A DNA stretch of 64,000 nucleotides from a virus: positions 1 through 64,000 of IMG/VR virus record IMGVR_UViG_3300012012_001194, one strand, 5' to 3'. The translations under genes were made by a program, and so were the position numbers. Under the pieces are notes generated by a model. The model was not told the DNA's origin and made no database searches. It saw only the letters and a list, made by a program, of their open reading frames with translations. Shown in pieces: positions 58,701 through 64,000 of this stretch; position 1 is the stretch's first letter, and each line of letters opens with the position of its first letter.

Positions 58701-60204
58701 CTAAAGCAGCTATCTTTTGATTATTAGGATCTCGAAGCTGATTAGGGAACGCCACAACAGAGTCGGCCATCTCTTGAGGAGTTCGCCACACTTGCTCGTT
58801 AGTGTTCACGTCTCTAAATCCGCCATACACCTTTCCATCAATACCTTTTCTGGAGTTGATAGCAATACGACTGTCTACGCCTACTTTGAGAGACTCTGGA
58901 GTTAGCAAGGGGTCTACAAAGCCAAAGTGAGACGGCTGTACGTTACGAGCCTCTTCAGGTACAGATTGCAGCGAAGGGATACCGCCTTCACCGAGGCGGC
59001 TAATCCTAGTTACTTGGTTAAGCAGGTCGGCAGGGTTAACTTCTTCAAGGGGTTGGCCTAACCCGCTAGTCATAATGGCGCCATTAATCTGAGAGTTTAA
59101 AAACCCAGCGCTGAAAGGGCTTAGGTTCTTCCTGAAGCTAGCCTTCCATAGCAGAGGGCGCATTACTCGGTGTGCAGCGTTGACCCTTTCTGCAAATAAG
59201 TCTTCAGGCCCAACCATAGACTGATACGCCATAGCGTCACGGTCGTCTGGGTCTACCTCTTTACGGTGGACAGCTAATATCTTCTTAGTAGCAGCTAAAA
59301 TAGAATCTGCTGATACGTTCTTAAACGGCTGACCTAAAGTGCGAGACGTAACCTCGGGATCCATCTCCATCTTGGCGATAGCTTCTAATATAGATTGCTT
59401 TTTACTCTCTGCGGTATGAATCTCGCCTGCCTTAGTCTTGCCTATCTTGGCAAACAGCTTTTCCATATGGTTTGGATCGTCGGTAGCAGAGTTAGCACTG
59501 TAGATCTCATTACCCCAGGCTTCTCTAAGCTGCTTGTCAGTAGCGCCAAGGGCTTTTAGTAAAGGAGTAACAGGTACAGAGGATTGGCCGAAGCCTATAG
59601 AAAATACACCCTTCTCAGGATCTAGCGAGTAGCGATGGGACGAGCCTTTTCCTGGCATAACGTTGACATGGCTTTCGACTTCACCATTCTTAGCGATACG
59701 AGTGAACACGCCTGGCTTTAGCCGCATTTGATTAGCTAACGTGTATTCAGTGCCGGTGACGATGAAAGTGCCACGGTCGGTCATATAGGGAACTTTAGCC
59801 AGCGTAGTTCTACGGGTGTCTAGCGTATCGCCAGTAACATTATCTGTTAATGTTAGCGTACCTTTAAGTGCCCGATTTAAGGTATCGCCCTTAAGAATTG
59901 CATTCTTCTGTGACTTGATAGACTTCTGCTCATCGGGGTCGTCCCAGCCAATATCCGAAACACTTAAGGTGTGCCTCTGGTTTACTAATGGTTGGATGTT
60001 AGATGCGGCAGCTTGAATACCAGAAAAGATAGCAGTCCTAGTAGCTTTGATATCATCAAACTTGCGCATTGGCGGCGGTACGGGGGGTTGCATAACGGGC
60101 GGCGGCAGGGTAGGAGCTGCCGTAGAAGCAACCAAGCCGACTGGCTTAGGCTTAGTCGGCTCGGAGCTCAGAACACTGTTATCGTCATCAAGTATTCCAG
60201 CCAT
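55729..60204 (-). CDS. Phage DNA-directed RNA polymerase: beta fused to the N-terminal half of beta'
   Basis: beta motifs PYMTDRGTFIV, GYNFEDAIVISE, GDKLSGRYGDKGVIS, LNPLGV, MKLHH; beta' motifs GLFD, PVLPP..RP, RAPVLH and catalytic GADFDGD (55990-56010). Confidence 0.96.
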   Translation of the reverse strand: MAGILDDDNSVLSSEPTKPKPVGLVASTAAPTLPPPVMQPPVPPPMRKFDDIKATRTAIFSGIQAAASNIQPLVNQRHTLSVSDIGWDDPDEQKSIKSQKNAILKGDTLNRALKGTLTLTDNVTGDTLDTRRTTLAKVPYMTDRGTFIVTGTEYTLANQMRLKPGVFTRIAKNGEVESHVNVMPGKGSSHRYSLDPEKGVFSIGFGQSSVPVTPLLKALGATDKQLREAWGNEIYSANSATDDPNHMEKLFAKIGKTKAGEIHTAESKKQSILEAIAKMEMDPEVTSRTLGQPFKNVSADSILAATKKILAVHRKEVDPDDRDAMAYQSMVGPEDLFAERVNAAHRVMRPLLWKASFRKNLSPFSAGFLNSQINGAIMTSGLGQPLEEVNPADLLNQVTRISRLGEGGIPSLQSVPEEARNVQPSHFGFVDPLLTPESLKVGVDSRIAINSRKGIDGKVYGGFRDVNTNEQVWRTPQEMADSVVAFPNQLRDPNNQKIAALVNGKIKYVNRAEVSHELPRMEHAFNQLANMIPLKSATKGQRVMMGARMLTQALPLQNPEAPYVQSGMPDEDDKSYEEDYGKHMGAIHSDVAGQVIKVDGDEIHVRGEDGQLHKKEIYNNLPFNRKTFLHNTATVKVGDVVNQGDLLARSNYTNDKGTSALGTNLRTAYIPYKGYNFEDAIVISEGAAKRLTSEHMYQHEAEFDKDTKPGKRAFLTLFPSDYSRALVDNLDDNGVIKPGTVVRKGDPLILQANVLSRAHNQQVGRSRTGFNNASTTWDHENEGVVTDVAQTKKGFAVTVKSLNPMKEGDKLSGRYGDKGVISTVVPDDKMPKGADGRPFEVLLNPLGVITRTNPSQMVEAALGKISEKTGKRYAVKDFDNIEDLTEFAIDELRKNNLSDMEDLEDPESGKKIKNIFTGNRFFMKLHHTSESKGQGRGISSGYTAEETPAKGGETGSKRMALMDVNALLSHGAHEVLRDAGAIRGQKNDDYWAAFMGGKAMPIPRVPLTYRKFMAQLQAAGINPVRSGSKTQLMALTDRDIDSLSGDREIKRSDTVDWEGGMKPVGDGLFDPKLTGGHGGTMWSHIKLHEPMPNPVMEEPIRKVLGLTENKFRDVLAGKEALNGVKGPNAIGIALKKINVDQEIMKARAQIASGKKSYRDEAVRKLGYLKSTKELNMHPSDWMMSKAPVLPPLFRPVSVMQSSGLPMVGDANYLYKELIDSNNEMRESSKSFSDLSEHRTSVYDSLKAVTGLGDATNPKLEQKNVKGILKQVFGDNPKFSVLQRKLLASNVDMVGRAAITPNPELDMDQVGIPEDRAWAVYKPFIMRRLVRRGVDRFKAAEMIENKDKMAMDAMTSEMEARPVIITRAPVLHRYGVMAFRPTLVKGSTLQVPPIIVKGFGADFDGDAMNYHVPTTDEAVKDAMEKMLPSRNLFAVKNFKVHQLPMNEYQGGLYTATSEASKRPERYFKTKADAMRAYRSGEIDANDKVVIVE

Positions 60205-60205
60205 T

Positions 60206-61153
60206 TTAGGCCTCGTATTCTAGAGTTTTACCTATGTCACCGGAAGGTCTAAGAGTTTTCTTGTTTTTAGCGACATCTACGGGAACAGGAATTGAATAGA
60301 TGGGCTGCCCCTCTATTGCTCTGCGGTTAAGGAACTCGTTGAGGTAACGTTGGGATTCTAGCTTCTCAGCGTCGTTCTTCTTGGCATCTTGATACCCTGT
60401 GTATATACCTGCAGTACCGAGGCCCAGACCTAGCGCTCCGAGTACACCGGCGTATCCTTTTAAGGCGTCCTTAGGATTTGGAGTATTATCTTTAATCTTC
60501 CTACCTAACGCTCCAATACCCGCAACCACGTTTCCACCAAAATCCAATAAGTTGTCCTTAGCTTGCTTCTCGCCTTCAGAATGAAACTCAGCTAACTTCT
60601 CTAAGTCCTCAGCCAAACTAGCGGACTTAACCGCTTTAATAGGCGAGCTCAATCTATTAGAGTGAGCCTCTACTAGAGCCTTACCAAATTCAGCTTTAGC
60701 GTCGGTAAGCTCTTGATCTTTCTCTGCTTTAACTTTCTTAGTTAGCAAATGGTTTATAAGAGAGTAGCTTCCAACCGCTGGAACAGCGGCGGCAGTAAGC
60801 GCCGCTGAAAGATAGTAAGGGTTAGCCAGATCACCAGGCTGAAACTTTGACTCCTTTTCCATGGAGATATTCTTGCCGGGTTTATAAGTACCTAGATTCT
60901 TTGCTTTACCTTTAAGCTTGCGCTTACGTCTACTCTCAAAGAACTCAGAAGTGCCTGGAATGGCACTCTGACCAGGAACAGGGACTTCCACCATGGATCC
61001 GCTAGGAGCACCAAGGGTTGACTCCCTGTCTGTGAGAAGCGAGCCGCTATTTAGATGCTTAAGCAGAGCTAAGCCAGAGCCCCCTAGTAAGCTATAAAGA
61101 CCAGTCCTCTTTAAATCTTCCATCTGCCTAGAGTCGAAATAATCGTTTGGCAT
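60206..61153 (-). CDS. Membrane-type/glycine-zipper protein with K-x-A motifs
   Basis: 315 aa; hydrophobic Gly/Ala segments; VKSA, EKLA, EKQA; no Cys. Confidence 0.6.
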   Translation of the reverse strand: MPNDYFDSRQMEDLKRTGLYSLLGGSGLALLKHLNSGSLLTDRESTLGAPSGSMVEVPVPGQSAIPGTSEFFESRRKRKLKGKAKNLGTYKPGKNISMEKESKFQPGDLANPYYLSAALTAAAVPAVGSYSLINHLLTKKVKAEKDQELTDAKAEFGKALVEAHSNRLSSPIKAVKSASLAEDLEKLAEFHSEGEKQAKDNLLDFGGNVVAGIGALGRKIKDNTPNPKDALKGYAGVLGALGLGLGTAGIYTGYQDAKKNDAEKLESQRYLNEFLNRRAIEGQPIYSIPVPVDVAKNKKTLRPSGDIGKTLEYEA

Positions 61154-61155
61154 TG

Positions 61156-61506
61156 TTATCTCCTAGTTGGAACTATCTTTCCTTGAATGTCCGCCCACTC
61201 CATGTGGATGCTTATCTTCTGTTTGTCTTCAGAGATGAGCTTTGTCCTATCTATCTGAACGCAAGCCCTGTTAGCTATGAGATCTCTTACTTTTGCGTAT
61301 TCCTTAAGGTCTTCAGGATTGCTTAGATCAAATATCTTGACCTTTACATCCAGTTGCAGAGGGATATTCTCATACTCCTCCTGCGTTGTATTAGGGGCCA
61401 TTGGCCCGCCAGCAATTGGAAAGCCCTGCGCCGTAGTGCCGGAAGCCTGTCGGTACTTTACGCCAACGCCGCCAAGCCCAAATTGACTTAGTATTTTATC
61501 GTTCAT
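61156..61506 (-). CDS. Hypothetical protein
   Basis: 116 aa; within the operon. Confidence 0.7.
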   Translation of the reverse strand: MNDKILSQFGLGGVGVKYRQASGTTAQGFPIAGGPMAPNTTQEEYENIPLQLDVKVKIFDLSNPEDLKEYAKVRDLIANRACVQIDRTKLISEDKQKISIHMEWADIQGKIVPTRR

Positions 61507-61515
61507 AATGCCTTT

Positions 61516-61932
61516 CTAGTAGCGTGTTACGCCGGAGATGCCACGATCTCGTTCTCGCTTACGCCTTGTCATCTCAGTCTGTCGCTTAATAATCTCTGTC
61601 AGCCTATCATACTCATTGGTGATCTCCTCTTGAAGGAGGTCGTCCTTAGATGGGATAGGGGGCTTGGTAGCTTGATACAACCCCGGACCTAGCAGCTTAT
61701 TACCAAGATAGTAACTGCCTGCGCCGCCAAGAGCAGCAAGGCCTCCCCCGGTATAACCAAGATCTCTAATAAGGGGCAGCGGGTTAAGGGCGTCAAACCA
61801 AGATTTGCCCTCGGCGCTCTTCTCAGCTAAAGCAAGAGCTTGCTTAACTCTCACATGAATTTGATCAAGGGTAAGCCCGTCCTCAACACACTTGGCCAAA
61901 AAGGCTACCTTAAACATTTGCTTGTCGTTCAT
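61516..61932 (-). CDS. Small glycine-zipper protein with K-x-A-rich leader
   Basis: 138 aa; FKVA, VKQA, EKSA, then GGGLAALGGAG. Confidence 0.62.
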   Translation of the reverse strand: MNDKQMFKVAFLAKCVEDGLTLDQIHVRVKQALALAEKSAEGKSWFDALNPLPLIRDLGYTGGGLAALGGAGSYYLGNKLLGPGLYQATKPPIPSKDDLLQEEITNEYDRLTEIIKRQTEMTRRKRERDRGISGVTRY

Positions 61933-61936
61933 AATG

Positions 61937-62293
61937 TTATCCTAGTATGATACCTGAGTTAGTTACGCTAGCGCCTGTAGACCAGATCCTACGATTATCG
62001 TGTGCTAAGTCTTTTATGACCTTAGCGTCTGTAGGGTCGCCCTGTTCCTTGGCTTCTTGAATGCACAGCATGATGTCTCTAGCCGCTGCAATAATCTGAG
62101 ACTTCTCATCTTGGTGCTGGACTCGGCTGGACTCCTCAAACAAGGCCTTGGCCCTCTTTCTCATGACGCTAATAGGCTCGGACTTGTCAGAGCCGTCTCT
62201 GCCGTCGTGAATACGGATAAGCCCGCCTTCAGCCCAGAATTCTATCTGGTTGTATTTATAAGTCTTCTTAATGCTAATCGAAGGAACATCCAT
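61937..62293 (-). CDS. Hypothetical protein
   Basis: 118 aa; within the operon. Confidence 0.65.
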   Translation of the reverse strand: MDVPSISIKKTYKYNQIEFWAEGGLIRIHDGRDGSDKSEPISVMRKRAKALFEESSRVQHQDEKSQIIAAARDIMLCIQEAKEQGDPTDAKVIKDLAHDNRRIWSTGASVTNSGIILG

Positions 62294-62352
62294 AACCAGC
62301 CCTTTCAGTTAAAACCCAATAATACACTAATTTAAGCAGGCTGTCACTCAGC

Positions 62353-63648
62353 TTATTGGCCAAAGAATCCAGGCACCACTGCCTTAATAGCCCCCGCTAC
62401 AACGCCTGCGCCCTGCAGCGTTCTTTGAGCCTGCGGAGTCAAGCCTACCAAAGCGCCTAAGACTTTGCCACCTAAAGTAGCTTGCACATACCCAGCGCCC
62501 ATACCTAGGCCGACCCTAGCAATGTCCATCGGAGTTATGAAGCCAGTGTTACCCCGCATGTTATTAGCGGCCCCTACTACGCCCATCGTAGCTGCCTGCA
62601 AATACGATGGAGTGAACGGGTCATTTAAAACTAAGCGGTTAAAGGCGTCAACTGGTACCGGCTCTAAACCAAAGATTGATTGATTGTTATTAAAGAAGTC
62701 AGCAGCTTTGCTCATCTCGCTAGAGATACTAGGCTGCAGCTCTGCTAAAGCTTGAGAAGCCTTAATGATTGGAGGCGTAGTATGCGGGTTGCCATAGAGC
62801 ACGTTAGGAGTAGTAAAGGCGTTCCACGCACTAGACTTGCGATCTGGGTTTAGCTTATTATCCCAAGTAGAAGCTCCAAGTACTCCAAGCGCCGCGCCGG
62901 GAGCAGCTCCAAGAGCGCCGCCAAGCATAGCTAAGCGCTTACGCAACTTACCTTTCTCAAATACATTAGGGGCAACGTTCTCAGCTATAGTTCCAGCACC
63001 GTAGCCAAGGCCTGCTGCAAGAGTGCCGCCGGCTACCATCGATGCAAGAGGTGTTGGACCCCCAAAGCGGCTAGCAAAGCTGGAGGGCGTAATCATAGCC
63101 ATTTGAGAGATGGGCCTAAGGATGCTAGATATAGTAGCGCTGGCAGACTTTACTAAAATCCAAGGGTGCTCAAGGTTGGGCCGGCTGACTTTATTAGCCA
63201 CGCCTTGCTTAGTCAAGAAAGTGGAGACGTCTCCACTGGGGACTAACACCTTACCTGAAACTGGGCTGAGCCAAGCGTGCATATTAGGTGAGAGGGCCCT
63301 AGCTATCTTTTCGTAAAGCTTTTTTGATGATGAGATGTAGGTGCTTATAAGCTCGGGCACATGCTGCCACGCTAAATCTTCAGCAATTTTGTTCAGACCT
63401 TCTTGCCTAGAAACAGTGTAAGGGATAATATCCCTAGGTGCGTGGACTTTAAATGCCGTTGGGACGTGCGTTACCCCTACAAACTTCTTATTAAGATCAG
63501 AATCAATGACGAAATCCTCTGGCCTTTCCATGAAGAGCTTCCTCAATATTTTGTTCTTTTCGTGATAGTTACGGTCGTCCGACATCTGCTTCGCTAGAAG
63601 AAGCTGGTGCAGGTCGGCCTTTGGGTTGCGTTCTGTCTCTAGCTGCAT
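62353..63648 (-). CDS. Glycine-zipper protein, first gene of the minus-strand block
   Basis: Likely ATG at 63648 with GGAGG RBS; NKIA, VKSA, SKAA; several GxxxG segments; no Cys. Confidence 0.65.
   Translation of the reverse strand: MQLETERNPKADLHQLLLAKQMSDDRNYHEKNKILRKLFMERPEDFVIDSDLNKKFVGVTHVPTAFKVHAPRDIIPYTVSRQEGLNKIAEDLAWQHVPELISTYISSSKKLYEKIARALSPNMHAWLSPVSGKVLVPSGDVSTFLTKQGVANKVSRPNLEHPWILVKSASATISSILRPISQMAMITPSSFASRFGGPTPLASMVAGGTLAAGLGYGAGTIAENVAPNVFEKGKLRKRLAMLGGALGAAPGAALGVLGASTWDNKLNPDRKSSAWNAFTTPNVLYGNPHTTPPIIKASQALAELQPSISSEMSKAADFFNNNQSIFGLEPVPVDAFNRLVLNDPFTPSYLQAATMGVVGAANNMRGNTGFITPMDIARVGLGMGAGYVQATLGGKVLGALVGLTPQAQRTLQGAGVVAGAIKAVVPGFFGQ
63220..63237. repeat. Dispersed palindrome copy 8 (perfect 18-mer)
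   Basis: Read as SGDVST. Confidence 0.95.
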
Positions 63649-63768
63649 TACAAAGATCCTCCACCCCGATGGTACCAATTCTTGGCTAATCAAGCCATAG
63701 TTGGATGTCGTTTGGAAGGAATTATGTTTAAGTCTGGAATGTATCAACACATACGGAGGTCATCACCA

Positions 63769-64000
63769 ATGGTATCGGTTGGATCTAAAAAAGGCGTTGA
63801 GATTAAGAAAGTCAAGAAGCGTAATGGGAGCGTCGATCTATTTGATCCGCATAAGATAGCCTCGGCAGTAGAACGCTGCTTTAAAAACGGACTGCAAAGC
63901 ACAGACGAGGAAGCTCAGGTCGCCGGCGTTAAAGTTTCCAAGGCAGTTGTCAACATTCTCAACAAAAAAACTGAAGAGGAAATAATAGAAGTCGAAGCCC
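63769..64000 (+). CDS. ATP-cone domain protein, partial (likely ribonucleotide reductase large subunit)
   Basis: GGAGGT RBS at 63755; MVSVGSKKGVEIKKVKKRNGSVDLFDPHKIASAVERCF matches ATP-cone VxKRxGxxxxFDxxKI; runs off the window. Confidence 0.8.
   Translation, partial: MVSVGSKKGVEIKKVKKRNGSVDLFDPHKIASAVERCFKNGLQSTDEEAQVAGVKVSKAVVNILNKKTEEEIIEVEA

Larger units (their letters stand above)
1..64000. mobile_element. Large contractile-tailed bacteriophage genome segment (virion morphogenesis and RNA polymerase region)
   Basis: Co-oriented, overlapping genes for capsid, prohead protease, neck, sheath, tube, tape measure, baseplate J and gp25-like proteins; no cellular housekeeping operons. Confidence 0.95.

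Noticed and set aside
49019-60204. Cellular rpoB-rpoC operon or host contamination
   Set aside because: No flanking ribosomal protein genes; the genes are fused, split, lack Zn sites and are interleaved with virion genes
54233-60204. Inteins or introns in SNF2 or RNAP
   Set aside because: Conserved motifs are spaced normally or more compactly, with no splice-junction or homing endonuclease signatures
7872-61518. Genome-wide TAG reassignment (code 15)
   Set aside because: Long genes are intact under code 11. TAG ends genes directly before a terminator (36431), as a doubled TAG TAG (9693) and at the RNAP end
5477-63237. Palindrome as a CRISPR repeat or Golden Gate cloning scar (it contains BsmBI and AatII sites)
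   Set aside because: Copies are kilobases apart with no spacers. Two copies are degenerate, all avoid the stop-containing frame, and other BsmBI sites occur freely, which argues for a natural origin
102-63597. Many plus-strand and nested ORFs in the supplied track
   Set aside because: They are antisense or alternate-frame shadows of long, coupled minus-strand genes and have no recognisable motifs
1-64000. Portal, terminase, chimallin, tubulin, tRNA or rRNA genes
   Set aside because: None recognisable by eye in this window. They may lie elsewhere or be too diverged to spot

Overview
This window is a 64-kb segment of a large, uncultured-type tailed phage with a contractile tail (myovirus/jumbo-phage-like). 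It is not a cellular chromosome. About 63.7 kb is one tightly packed minus-strand block. Read from the right end, it encodes glycine-zipper and other putative internal head (ejection) proteins, a bacterial-type RNA polymerase (beta fused to the N-half of beta', with the C-half of beta' as a separate gene) and a SNF2 helicase. Next come the prohead protease, scaffold, decoration and major capsid proteins, a GT2-methyltransferase, neck proteins and an HNH protein. The tail genes follow: sheath, two tube paralogs, spike/hub, a frameshifted tail chaperone and a 1818-aa tape measure. Then come a sigma-70-family factor, baseplate genes, a cassette with papain-like and subtilisin proteases, and Cys/Ser-rich tail-fibre-like proteins. 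A divergent ATP-cone gene starts at the right edge. Three signals stand out. (1) A 16-20 bp palindrome, (TA)GTGGAGACGTCTCCAC(TA), occurs eight times inside unrelated genes with near-regular ~7.6 kb spacing. (2) The RNAP, sigma, SNF2 and glycine-zipper proteins contain no cysteine and the RNAP has lost both zinc sites, which suggests a virion-packaged, injected transcription machine. (3) A K-x-A motif recurs across head proteins and looks like a maturation-protease code. All product calls come from motifs and synteny read by eye; no database searches were run.
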